From the NCBI GenBank assembly GCA_965235115.1, contig OZ249445.1:11160001-11224000 (forward strand): a stretch of DNA of 64,000 bases. Direction: 5' to 3'. Both the position numbers and the translations under genes were made by a program. This DNA comes from Laetmonice hystrix (taxonomy: Eukaryota). Shown here one piece after another: positions 35,465 through 49,100 of this stretch. A model generated the notes under the pieces. That model was not told the origin of the DNA, ran no database searches, and worked only from the letters and a program-made list of their open reading frames with translations. Each line of letters opens with the position of its first letter. Position 1 is the stretch's first letter.

Positions 35465-38400
35465 TTGGCACAAGGTAGAGTTACAAGGACAAGAACAAAT
35501 TTGACATGTTTAAATCCCAGTCTTGTTATGACTACTAATTTAGAGAAAGAATTAGACAGAAGTTCAAGACTAACAGTAAGTACCTGGAGAGATACTTGTT
35601 TACCTTTGTTACCCAAATCTCAGGATAACGTCATGCATACCTGGAGGGCTTAATAAATAACTTTGGTTTTTCATGTGATTTATTATAGAGTAAAAGATGC
35701 TATATAAGCTTAAGTCTACTATAGCAAGCACGATTTTATCTATGTTCATATGAACTTAGCCGTGTCGTTATAACCATTAATATTTTTATAACAATTCTGA
35801 AATATCTGCGTGTCTTCTGTCAAGTCAATGTCGCGTGGTCTCGTGCATAACCGAGCCATTTACCGACAAACAAAACTTCACAGGCAAAGTAGAGAAGCTG
35901 ATCAACTTTCAGGAAGTGCAGGAAACTGCTGGCTGGAAAAAAAATGTTGATTGCATGCATGAGCTTGGGGTTGACAGTACTTAGAGTTATCCCTGGGGCG
36001 CCTCGTCAGTGCTGCAGAAAGCCTATGTAAACATGCGTTTAATTAGCATACAAATATTTGTACAAGTGGTGCCGAAACGCAGACCAGATTACACTCAGTG
36101 GGACGTTGGCGAGGTAGGAGTTGGTTCCTTGTGGCTGGTGGTGGTAGGAGTTGGGCTTCAGGGCTCGGCTGTTTACATAGCAACCACAGTTGACAGTAAT
36201 AGGAGATCGCTAAGGAGACACACAGACACCTACCTATCGTCGGCGGCAGAGGTCAGGGCTGTGGAGGCGAGCAGTGTTTGGGACGAGGTCACACTACACC
36301 AAATGATCGGTCTCACTCATTGTTCCTGAGCATCTTGATACGTGTACAACTGCCTGGCTCCTGTACAAGGGGGACAACCATTGGGTTCTCTGGATTAACA
36401 TGGACGAGACAGACTTATGTCTGTTGTCTTCGAACTTCATTTTCAGATTGGGGGTGTCATTTCCCATTACCCGTGTCAACTGAAAAAGTCTCTTTATTGG
36501 GCCTCTACTTGTCTGAGGTGTTTCGATTGAGTGAAATCATATGAGCAAAGGTAGTTCTGGCTAATAGAAATGGAAACAGATAGCTTTTTACGATAGCTAT
36601 TTGTCTGGGGAAATGCTATCACTTCTACTCATGTGCGGAAACCCTTGCGCCGTGTTAGTATACGGTATTATTGTGATCTGAATCTTGTCTCTGTAATGTC
36701 CATCACAGTTTGGGTTCTTGTCGGAGGAGGTGCCAGTCCCAAACTGGAGAGTGGGTCTATGTTGAAAACTGACAATCACCAACACATCTATAGCAGCAAA
36801 TCATCATAACTCCCAAGGCAACATTTGTTTATCTACTGGGTAAACACGCACGCTGATCATATTTTCATGCATTTTAGCTCCATGCATCTGGCTGTGCTAT
36901 CTTTCCCAGGCAGGCAGTGGGATGGAGAAGGAAACCACGTCTCGTAATCGCCACCTCCCATCTCCAGCTAAATGCTCATGGAAATCAGTGGTTGTTCAGT
37001 GTTTCCTTCAGTACGAGAGGCAGTTAGGGATAAGACCAGACTAAATATTGATAGACGTCCGTGTTATCCCCCGCCCTTCACCTGTGAAATAGTGCCCACA
37101 GAACAAACATTAAGGATGTCGCTGATAGAGTTTGGTGGTGATCACCGAGTGTTTGTTTTTAGTATTGATCAATGGGATCCAGTTGAAAGGGATCCCATTT
37201 GAGTGTGACTTGAAACTTCCCCATCAAAGGCTTCCCCTTATTGCCTAATAAGGTCAGGCAACTGAAACGTCATCAGATAAATTCTGGTCAGAGGCGGTGG
37301 CACGCTGCTCGAGGCAAACTTTCTGTGCCAGTTCTTAAACTTTACTGAGAGGAGTAACTGTCTGTGAAAAAAGTCAAACAAAAACAGCCTTTCTTTTTTT
37401 AAAGCGCTTGAAATCATTCTCTACTTACCGTGTCTCTGAAGAGCGTTAAAAGGGAATTCCTTCCACCGTGAGGCATTGGTGACCGCCAAGAATATGTAAC
37501 ATGTGGGACTTCAAGGACGTATTGCACCAGGTTCACACAAAGTAATTGATCCCAGTGAATACATGCACTTCACATCAAAGTGAGTACCCCCAGGTTTACT
37601 CAGAAGGTCTTTTTATTAAAGATTTATCCCATTCGAGCTGTCAACTTATAATATTCGTATTGATGGTAATCATTCAATATATCAGCTGTATATGGGCGGG
37701 AGAGATATTCCTATTTCAGGAATAGACTCATATGTAACGGGCCTATTCATACTAGAGATACGCAGAAGTGTCCATTACCTAACAAGATGTTTTACAGTGA
37801 TTTACATTTTCAGATTACCTGTCTTTCAATATTTAGTAACGGTTCGATCTCATTAAGTTTGAGTTAATTGTGTTCAAGGGAACTTTGCGAACCTATTCTT
37901 TTAGGGTGCGATGTGCACGAGATCATGTTCGGATGACGAAGGACCCCAGCCACAGCCGTTTCCGAACGGTTCTGGTTTGAGCTCCCGTTTCTATAGCGAG
38001 TATAGGGCATGTCTCGAAAGCCATGCCGGAAATGTAAGAAACTCTTAGAGAGATATCACAGAAAGCCTGCGCAGTGGGAGGAAGGGATACGATTTCAAAT
38101 CGCCGTAATATAATATCGTATTTGATCAGTCAAAGTAAAAGGTGATTATTAGAAAAGAAAGTATGAAGATCTTTAAATGCTATATTTAAACATCAAAGCG
38201 CTAAATGAACTATGAAACCCGATCAGAATAAGGTCAAAATTAAAAGGGCGCAAAGAACGGTGGGGTGTGATGATACTGTCTAGGATGTCAGGCACACGTT
38301 TTCATTGTACCGTTACAGACATCAATTCCAATTTCATTAGTGAAATAATCCCCTAGCCTTTTGACTGCATTTATCTGATAAAGGCTCTGAAACCTTAGCC

Positions 38401-41400
38401 AGAATTTCATTCCGTTTCAATTAGAACAATTGGTACTTCTGAACCAGCTTTTTGTTTGTACGAAATATCCCATCAAAAGCAAGTAACACTTGCTTGTCAA
38501 GTTGCAGTGTGCACAGCCGCTTCTCAGAATGGCTGATAGGTCAAACAACATGAGTTTCATCCAAGAGCACCGTAATGTTGAGAACACATAAGGTGCGTCG
38601 TATGATCGACTATGAAACATCTTAGCGAAATTATTAGTCAGATTGTCAGAGGTCAGACGTTATGGGGTTGACGAGACGTAACTTTGTATACTTGCTCTAC
38701 GAAAGTTCCAAACAGTTGATCAGCAATGGCCAATGGTAATCAAACCAAGCTCCATATTATACTCTGGCTTTTTTCTACGGAAAAGGCTTTAACTTAAAAA
38801 AGTGTTGTATAGTTAAGCAAGCAGATCAAAATAATAGTTTGCCCAGTACGAGATTTATCAACGTCTTCTCACGGCTAGGACCTTCCCATGAGAAGTAGAA
38901 ATGCATTGTTAGTTACACTGTGTGCTGCCAAGACTTGCTGCTTTAATGTGCGCAGTCCATTCAGAACATTATCCACTAACAGCCACTCGAAGCTTCAGTC
39001 CAACAAAAGTCTTTGATGAACGTTAATTCTTCAAAGTTCACGCAAGAATATCCTTTGAAATATTGTCTGCAGGAGGAAGCTTTCAGAAACTGTATGGATT
39101 TCCTGTCATTTTGCACTTTCATAACTGTTTTATTACAGAGAGCTGACAGTTATATGCAAAGAGACCTGGCACCTCATCCTCAGCACATCTTTCACATACA
39201 AGTAATTCCATGTCAGCCACTTCCTGACAGGAAACTTTCCTGATAACATAGCATTTAATGAGTCGTCAGATTACTCATAGCTCCTTGTTAACATTCAAAG
39301 GTTTCAGATACTATCAAATGGTGGCAAAGCTGGTGGAAACGAAAAATGTAATGCTCAGACTCTAACTATATATAGACTACTGAATGGGTTAAAAATAATG
39401 TGTGGCAGAAAAAGTTTGTATTACTTCTTGGAAGTTATGTTGGCAACGTTAACGAATACTGTACGGGTCATTATTTCTTGTAGTGAATGGAAGGTCGGGT
39501 ATATTAATCTCCACCATATTCCAGAGATAGTAAAAATATTAGTAATTTCCTTCAGTCGTATTAGCAAAGACTATTAAGAAAAGTAGAAATTTCCATTATG
39601 ATTTCTCGATATACGTGATGACATGCCTGCCGGTTTGATTTGAGTATAGTACTGCCTCGCAAAGTCCTCAAAGTTTTGTCCTACATATTACAAATGCAAA
39701 TAAAAACAACGTTTGATTTTGGTACCGGTACATTCTTATAGGAGCGACACTTAATCTGAGTATAAACTAAGAACCCGATTAGAGTTAATCTGTGGTAAAT
39801 TATGGACGCGATTGTAAGAATTTTACATAGGATTAGGAGGTTGAATGCCAACAGATTATGAACACGCGCACATTGCCTGCAGCGGGCTTCCTTAAAACCC
39901 ATTCAAGGCAGTCTGCCTTGATAACAGAATCAGGCAATAGCTCTCTTAGGATCTTCCTTCAGCTTATGTCATCCTAATGAAATCACCTCCTTCAAGCTGA
40001 CATGAAAGGCGATGTGTTTTACTAAAAGTGTTTCCTGTGTAGAAACCTTAATTTCTCTGAAAGCATGACTTGTCAATATATCAATACAGTGTAAGCGTCA
40101 AGAAGGAACAAAAGTGGGAGTGAGTTTAGAAAGTGGTGAAGTGGCAGTATAGATGAAAGGTACCATAGAGGGCGTTATCATCTGTCTTACCAGATCCATA
40201 GAATGACTTGAGGATGCATACTAGTTGTGATATTGCCATGATATATTTTGCCATAATTAATTTCCATATGCTGATTGTGCAAGAAATGTCTCCTTCTTGC
40301 AACCCCCTCCCTCAGGCCAAACTTGTGTCACTGCCAACTTGTTTTATTTCTTTCATTTTCTTTCGGCCATCGTGAAATCGAAAGGATTGTCATTCCTCTA
40401 CTTCTTGTCATTTTAATTAGAACTTTTATGTCAAGGTAAATTTACATTCTCGATTTCTAATTGGTTTCATGGTTTGACAAAACAATTCAATCATCGGGGC
40501 CAAACACGATACAAGGGGATCGTTTCTCCCGCCTGCGAGCAAAATAAGTTCAGATTGAATGACAGTGCCTAATGAAAATTTAATCAAGTTCTGCTGGTAT
40601 TTTCATCAGAACAAAATTAGTTTATTGAATTAATTGACGTGGGAGGCATCACTGGTAATAACCTAGACTAAAGATTAATACAGAGTGAATGTATACCAGA
40701 TATAGCAATAGCTGGGCCTAAATCCTCTGATGTCTTATGTCCCATAAGTGGGAAATGTACAGGACAAAAGGCCGCATGTATGGATGCTTTGTAGGAGTAT
40801 TGGGTAACACAGGGACCTCTTCAAAGACAACTAAAGCTTCATGCTGCCCCCAGAGCATGAACAACATGAGAGCTGTAGTTTTTCTCTATTTTGTCATTAT
40901 GTTCTGAAAACTTAACAGATATTTCTCCTTATTATGCACTTTGCAGAGAAAGGAAAAAGAATCCTGACTTAATGCGTCTGGAATTCTTCAAACGTGGAGA
41001 TATTAGATTTAGTCAACATTCCATCATAAAGCAACGACTGTATTACGGATTCTGTTAATACAATTATAGACTTATCAGCTCTCCAAAGGGATGTTTTAAG
41101 TCATAGTTTGGTAAGAAAGATTTCCGTCTTTTTCTTCGTTTTCTTTCTTTGCCCCAAGTAACTTTTATATTCCTCTTCAGCCTCATACGCCCCATTTCAC
41201 AGATAGTTTCCAATTTCTCATTCTAGTAGAGCATACAAATAGGAGCAGTAGAATAACAAGGTATCCCTAAAGCAGACAGATAGGAGTCGTGTTTGAACAG
41301 AATTATTAACTTATCGCGGTACCTGGAAAAATAGCTCAATCTCATCGAGGATTAATTTGAGCCAAATGAATGAAAGTATTCAATTATCTTGTAACTGTGG

Positions 41401-43282
41401 GGCATTCTGTGGGACATCGCGTCGTCATTACATTCAATCTTTGAAAGTGGACTGGGGTGGCGGAGTAAAATGGGGGGGGGGGGGGTGATTTCCTCAACTT
41501 GTACGTGCATGCAGGGACTTTTCCGTCATCCTAGCGTGGACTTGTGTACTACTGAACGATCTCTAGCTGGAGGAAGGATCAGTGCCTCTGTCACACGCAG
41601 GTGTTGGATCAATGTAGACTGGATTATACCTTGCTTGTTTCTCTGTTAATGCCCATGGACAAACGGATTATACCTAACATAGATAACTGCCACTTAGAAG
41701 CTTCACAAGTTTTTTAAGAGTCCTGCCACAATTTTTTTATTCATTTATGCAGAGAGTAATGGTTATAAATATATCGGCTACTATAACTTAGGGAAGACTA
41801 TAACGATAACTGATCGTCACGTCTCCTGTTAATTGAAAATATTGTCACCTGTTATAGATATCAATATTATATTTAATGTAGAGTGCATTCCCAAAGAATT
41901 CATTCACATTTTCGAATGAATAGCCATTGTGTCAATTGGCGATTATATTGAAATGATAAAAAAAAATTACGGATATTTCTGCCTGAATTCAATTGTATAA
42001 ATTATTGTTTAAAGTTTTTGTTGTTTATATGATATATATGTATACACAGTCGTTTAATTAAAATCAAGCCAAGTATTATACCGTCGATGTTATCTCCTGG
42101 CTGTCGTTTTCTATCGATCAAGATTTTTGACAAACACCAGCATAATTTAATGATTGTCAAAATACTCATTCATTTAACGTGCAGTCATCCGTTTGTGTCG
42201 TTATTTTCTATCAAGATTGAGTATTTCACTATTTTTATGATTATTGATTTCACAGCGAAGCACTTTTTGAAATAGTTTTTGATGAGTTGAGAGAGCTCCA
42301 TGTTACCCAAGTAAGCCGTGATAGGATTGCGGATAGTAGCCACAACTTGTTACTAACGATGTTGTCCTGTTAAAAGTACCGGCATATGACGTTTAGAATT
42401 GGTTTCCATTCCCACCAGTTGATTGGCCTGAATGAAAACGTTGACTCTGGACATCCGATCGGGTGAAGTGTTATTGAGTGTTGTTAAATAAGGTTGGTAA
42501 TGGGCAGCAGGTGATGAGACCATGCACACGACCACAGGTGTTGTCAGTGTACCGGTAGGTTCTGCCTGGACAGTATAGGAGATTTGGGTTAGGCTTGTGC
42601 CGGAGGTACAACAGGTAACTACCGGTACGTCGACAAGGACAGGAGTGGAGGTGGGAGTGGGACGTGCAGGTGGGCAGGGACGGGTACAGCTGCTTGCGAG
42701 AGAACAAAAGGTGCAATTGTGTACCCTTCGGCAAGCCTCAGGGTCCCAACACTGAAACCCGTAGGCAAAGGGAGCATGAGCCGTCTAAAACAATGTCATG
42801 ACATAGCTTGAGGGGCGTTTGTATGTGGTGCTAGGTTGGGGGGAACTGGAGAAAGAGAAGGTGATGCTCAAATGTATCGAAATGGTTTGTGTAAATATAT
42901 ATTTCAGTCTGCAGTAAGCGAAATCATTCAGGGATGTGGCAAATGCCGATAGAAAAATTTCTCGTATTTTGTTTTGTTTTTGCACTCATCACATTTTGTC
43001 GCGATAATCATGATTGTCATCATCCCTGGTAGAGTTACACCTAGTTGTTAGGACGTAATATACCGGTAATAAGAGACATAAACCAGAATACAAACAAAAT
43101 ATCAAAAAGGTTCTAAACATCTTGGCTTAAACATATTGTGTAAATCACCAGTAACTTTGTCGAAGTAGAGAAAGAAGAGAGGAGAAAGCAATGATACAGC
43201 ATGAGTGCACTTAGAATCTTGTCACGATCAGGAGAAGAAGTTCTTTAATAGATTCATTATGCAATGGTGTTGTGCTGAGAGC

Positions 43283-43299
43283 TTCCCCCTGCTGGCAGC
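43283..43299 (-). promoter_or_regulatory. CTCF-like motif, reverse orientation
   Basis: The reverse complement is GCTGCCAGCAGGGGGAA. The core matches and the 3' end deviates. Confidence 0.4.
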
Positions 43300-46017
43300 A
43301 GTCAGTATAACTGGAGTGGATTACTTCACCAGTTGTTAGAAGGCATGCTATTAGGAGAGGCAATCCTTTACATCTGTTCTCATTACTAATACTGATAACA
43401 CTGTTGTATAGACGATAATTCCATTACTTTGGTTTGCATGTGAACGTCAGGATGAAAATAGTTTTAAAAGCAGAATATAGGCCTGCGCTTACTGCAATGA
43501 CTTTATCTGGGAGTCGTAATAAGATCTTAGTGCTGTGTTCTGATTGAACAAAGTGCATCTGCCACCACTGTGGATATTTATTAGCATCATAAATCCATAT
43601 ATATAATCTGTATACTGATTGTTAATTTCAAACTAGCAAGACTGGAATTATGTGTCATTAGAGTGAGGTTCGTAGACCTCCATCACGAAGTAAAAATGTG
43701 GACTTCTGAGAACAGCTTTAAAAGCAATTCATCACTGTAGTGAATTATGACGAGGAAAAACTTTATTTCATGGATTATTCAATGCGAGGATGTATGTTAG
43801 AATATCTATTCACTCATTTGTTTTGGAAGCTTCTACCTATTTTAAATGGTTAGTAATCTCCTATATGTATTGGTCGATGGAATACAAATTCTCCTCCTGT
43901 ACGTACAGAAAAAGACCTAGTCTGCGCTGACAAAAATAAGACTTGTCCCATCGCCAGGCTGTATTGTGGAAATGTAATATCTTGATATAACACATTTTCA
44001 GCTGTGTTAAAGGTGTTGGCGAACGCCTGACAAGGAAGAGAACATGTTTTATTAGTCTTATTGTAATTCTACACCATTTTGATATCTGGCCTTCGGAATC
44101 TATTAGAAAATTCCTGCGGAAAAACAAATTGAACAAAGTAAAACTTATTTTCTTAACCAGTAAATCCAGAATACAGCTTTGTTATTGAAAAATCGTAATT
44201 CACTTCAAATCTGCTTTTGTTTCAAGTTACGTAATTCATACTTTGTATATGGCAATAAAAGGGTGATTTTACGAAGACATTATATGATGTTACTGGACCT
44301 AATCGTACATGAGGTGGGAAATGGTAGGGACAACCTCCGCATTTTCTGTAAGCTATTGTAGAAAACAACAGATAATAACACAAATAGATAAGAGTTTTTA
44401 AAAAAGTAGAATAGGTTGGAGTTATCCTTTAAGACATCGGTGCAGTAGCACTAGTAGGCAGATTGTGTGTCCCATTAGGGTCGTTGTCAAGTATCTTCAG
44501 CTATCTGTCCGGTAAGGTGAGGCATGGAAACGTGCCAGTGCCAGCTTGTGAACCGCCGACCGTCTTCCACGAACCACACCCCCAGGTAATCATGATTGAC
44601 AGGTACGACATTACGGCATTATGGAATTACACAGATGCGACATTTACGTAATTGCGGCAAATATGCTTAATGCACAGCTGTTAATGCCCCTTTGCAACAT
44701 TAAATGCACTCAGAGCGTTGTCATTCTGCTCTGAAATCACTTTCCATGCATTAGAAGCTTGGCATGAAAGGTGTGCTTTTCAGGAATCTCCTTCATGCTT
44801 TGTGAGAGAGTCCTGTGAAAGGCGAGAGGTTCCTCTACGGTTTCAGAAGAAGTGGCGTCGTCTCTTCCAACATGTCCTCTGTTTAATAAAAAAAAGTCGC
44901 AAAAGTTAAAAAAAAATCAAAAGCCACTGCATTGTTATGTTCTTCAAATTGTGCATCAGTTGATGTACCAGTATTAAAAGGTAACTGCACTCAAAGCTCA
45001 AGAGTGCAGATATGCAGCATTTGATTGGTATGCTGGAGGTATGAACTGGAAACGAGGTTCCACAACATGTGATGGCAATATCAGGAGATATTATCAGTCA
45101 TCTCTTTCATATAGTTTGTAAACTTTACCGAAATCAGATACTTTATCAGATACTACTCTTCTTAAAAGATTGTTTGCATTTGTGATTAACAAAATTGGTG
45201 TAAAAAAAGGAGCAAAATAATGTAAAGTACCAGAAGACAACTAAAAAACGAGTAATCGCTAAAAACGTACATTTTAAAAGTCTACCATGAAGTAACATAA
45301 TTTCATATCATGCAACTGGCCACCTTTTCCAAACAGATCGTTCCAGATTAGATCCGAGTTCCATAAGGGATCAAAGTGCTCTAATAAAACTTTGCATTTG
45401 CAGCATTTAGGACTGCCTTCCCTCCTTTTCCTGCAGGTCATTATGTAGTGGGAAACCTGTTGAAAGTAACCATTGTGAAAGTGCATTTATTGTAATATTA
45501 CCCAAACTACGTAGGGCTGATGTTTATTGTTTCACAATGGCATTGGTTTGTGTAATAGCGCCTTTTGAGCAGGGAATTTAGTATGACTCTTTTTAGTGGT
45601 CAGATAAAATGATACCATAGTGGATGATGAGTGGACTGGGTCGGCTGTTAAACAGATTAACCTTGTACTCATGTGTGAAGACTAGTCTTATTATATTGCT
45701 AATGCCAAAAGACCCAGATTTAATTGAGTTGGGTTCAATCAAGCTATGATGATACCCTGCTTCTTATCTGTTTCTGTCACATTGCCGAAGGGGCAGTATG
45801 ACAAGTTTAACGATTACCCTTCATCGATCGTCAGATAGCTCCATTCCCAGGAGTGGGCCTGTATCCAACTATGGGGCGCCCCCCCTCCTCCCGCCTGGGA
45901 GGGGGCCGGGGGAGTCGGGGGGGGGGGAGTTGAGGGGGTCCGTGTCACTCAGCTAACACATAGATGTGGTCAGTGTCAGCGGTGTCACTTTACCGAGGTT
46001 TGTTCATTTCGACCATA

Positions 46018-46171
46018 ATGGAGTGGTCAGGCATTGGGAGTCGGGAGCGGCGCTCTCGGGTCGCGTGCCGCCACCCCCTCCCTCGGCCCCCGGCCCACCG
46101 CCTCCCGGCAGACGGGCAGGCCGTGACGCCGTCAGCGGAGTCTGCATCAAACTCTACACCAAGATGTCAGG
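46018..46171 (+). CDS. Candidate alternative first coding exon (phase 1) in a GC/CpG-rich patch, MEWSGIGSRERRSRVACRHPLPRPPAHRLPADGQAVTPSAESASNSTPRCQ
   Basis: ataATGG context and a 154-nt open frame, but only a weak donor (AGG|gtgatg). A G4-type G-rich tract lies upstream at 45897-45927. An open minus-strand reading also exists. Confidence 0.3.
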
Positions 46172-49100
46172 GTGATGAGAGCCACAATTAAATATTCACC
46201 AGAGAAAAGTGTGGGGAGCATCTTGAATGGCAATGATTGGAGTTCACGGGGACGGGCCTCTCGGGATTGATGGGCCAGTATTAGGGGAGAACGTCGTCGT
46301 ATGAACTCCACATGAAGGCAGTGTCAAACAGGTATAATTGTGTGGGGGAGGCGGGAGACAGGATAACTTCCACGCGGCCATTCTGAACGCATAATAATGG
46401 AAAGTTCAGGCATGATTTCCTGGGTTTTGATCGGTGGGGCACAGCCGGGCACTGTGTGGGGAGCATGAAAGATGCATTGCACAGACCAGGATCAAATTAG
46501 CTGACAACAAATGGAATTGCTATTCATCGCCTATTCATCGCTGTTCATACATCAAATTGCACTTACGGAGACCGGCACAAAAAGTCATTTGCACTGTGCC
46601 ATTGTTCAATCAGTCGTTCCAAAGGCCACGACAGCAGGATATTTCACCCAATTTTTCTCCTGCCCTGATCCATAAGCCGAAGAAATGCTTTCCCATTTTC
46701 CATCTCTTCTGAGCGGGAGTGAAGTGGGCTAGTCACGTCAACGAGACTCTGCCACGCGGAAAAGAAATGGCACCATCATGACTGAGCAATCTAAATGGCA
46801 GGCACATAAAACATCCTGGCTCTCCTTCCCCTTGTTCTTCATTTCTAAATGCTTTTCATCAATTGATATCAGCTGACAGCCTGGACAAATGTGATGGCCG
46901 AGGCATTCTGACAACCGTTTTGGCCGAGGTTTCCAGCAGGCCCCAGTTGTTATGAGGCCATGGCCTAAGTCTCCAAATTGGGACCAGAATTGGGTGCTCA
47001 GTGTAGTGATGGCTTCAATAAAGCCACTGCAACTGATAAAAGACACAGACTTCAGCCAAAGTATGGAGGTCTGATAGAATGTTGACTCAGTGAGAGCCTG
47101 GCTAATGGTACGGTGGTATGCAGTGCTGTGGCACGGGGCGATGGCATGCACGCGACTGGAGGTGGCAAACTGCCATTTGTTACTGGAGGAGGACAAAACA
47201 ACCTAAAGAAGGCCGAACGATTGTCTCCGTTTCCCAGATCAGAAGGTGTCAGATGAGGACAGCTTGTGTCAGAGTGACTCTAGGAATTCCAATATATAAA
47301 TGCCGAGTTTGTTCACAGGTCATTAGATATATTTCAGTTGACAAGTCATGGTCCCCTGTTTTATATCAACGCCCACACATCCCAGCTTAGCGTGTGTAGA
47401 GTACATAGACATATCTTTATTAATGAAACTTATCGTGATCATAGATTCCTATGTGTTTTTGTATATTACTGAGTGCTCAGATGACTGAGGTGCATACATG
47501 TGTTCATGCAGTTGTGTCTCCGCAACCATGCACATACCTGAACATCCTCAGGGTTTTTTAAAGGGCCGAATACAAATCGTCCTTTGGGAGGCGCTTGTTA
47601 GCGTAGTGGCTGTCAAGCATCTTTCTGGTAATTTAGCCCAAACTTCTGAAGGTAACTAATGGTAGCATCCGTTAATTGATGGCGGGAGGTCCTCCTGGAA
47701 GGACTCTGGAGGGATGCCGTGGACTCCTGTTGTTGATATTGAACGATGACCGGCTGGTTTCTCTTGATTAGCTTGGTTAGGACGTGGCTTAATTATGTCC
47801 TTATTGGGAGGGTATGACGAGGAGAACAACTCATTTCCCAACCCTACGGTGGGCACAATTCCGGTATGTGGACCATAAATAGACTGCGCGCTGGACCAAC
47901 AACCGGCGGCCGTTTCCCTTCTAAAGCCCTGGTACCCTGGTACCTGGGAGTAACTGCCGAGTGAAACTGATATCCACCTCGGGAATCGAGAATCGGGAAT
48001 GCGATTAAAAATATTTTAAATTGGGAGATTTGAGATGGTTAATTAGGTTGAAGTTTTGTGGTATTCACCAAACGTGTAACACGATCGTGAATACCTGGTG
48101 TTCATAGATGTTGTCCAGGCCAGCGGCAGTCTGACAAACAGCCGCTTCACCGAGTACTACTAAATCAGGGCCTTTCTTTTATTACCACTTAACTTGTCAG
48201 AAGAAATGACATTCTGACAGACATTCGAAATAATATATGGCTAGTTAATTTTACGAAAAGTTATGTGGTTATGGTATTATTTTGTTGTTGATTGAGTTGG
48301 TCATTACGGTGGTTGTGTTAACATGAGACGAGCAGTTGATGTTGGTCATATAGGTTTGATGAATGCAGACGCACTGATTGGCTTTGTTATCTGTTCTCAT
48401 CAGTATCGCCATTACTAACAATAGCCGAAACCTACACCTGCTTGACTCGCAGATATTAATGACTCTAGCCAAATGAGCTCCACAAACATTCATACAGGGT
48501 TCTCTTACAGTCGTCTAGTTTTGTATTATGCATTCTCGCATTCAGTACCTGTTTATATGAATGAGATACACATGTATGAAGATAAAGTTGTTTTTTTAAA
48601 TGACGCAGTGTAAAGCAGTGGCCCAAAAGGTCTGATCTTCTATGCTTTTCAGGGAGGTCGATCTTTCTAAGAATAAGGAATGTTGTTATAACCGAGAGTT
48701 GTGTGGCGCGTGGTGGCACGTTATGTTTGAACCATGAAACAAACAGCCTTTAGTTTGCAAGGGGGAAGGTTGGTACCCTCGTAAGTGCTGGCAGTGCTCT
48801 GAACATCAACAAACACAACGCCTACCTTGTGATTAGTTCCAGTGGCAGTTCGCACTGATCGAACTTTTCTACCCTTAGAAAACGACATGATGGGCTGAAA
48901 CGTGCTTGAACGGTAGTATATAGAACATAAACTTATTAGTATACAACTAGTGGATTGACTGAGATATTCAGGTTAATTCATAACGTATATAAATGAGGTT
49001 ACCCCCATGGTAGTCCTTTAAAAAATTGTTTCTTCAATCTTCCCCTGACTGCTTGATCCGTGAAAGGCATGGGCAAACACCGAAAAGCTGCTAAAGATGA

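Noticed and set aside
37421-37455. Minus-strand 7-nt microexon-like pair, with similar cases near 3970-3990, 8230-8255 and 61725-61770, and non-triplet + cases near 12445, 16692, 22035, 23391 and 44501
   Set aside because: The lengths are not multiples of three and they occur on both strands, which indicates chance background. This lowers confidence in all microexon calls.
39903-39921. Short palindromes (here 9-bp arms; also 37171-37199 and 14100-14113)
   Set aside because: Arms of 7-10 bp are expected about once or more by chance in 64 kb.
46738-47196. Longest ORF (152 aa, minus strand)
   Set aside because: Non-ATG start, no domain, no convincing splice boundaries and no coding-like composition.
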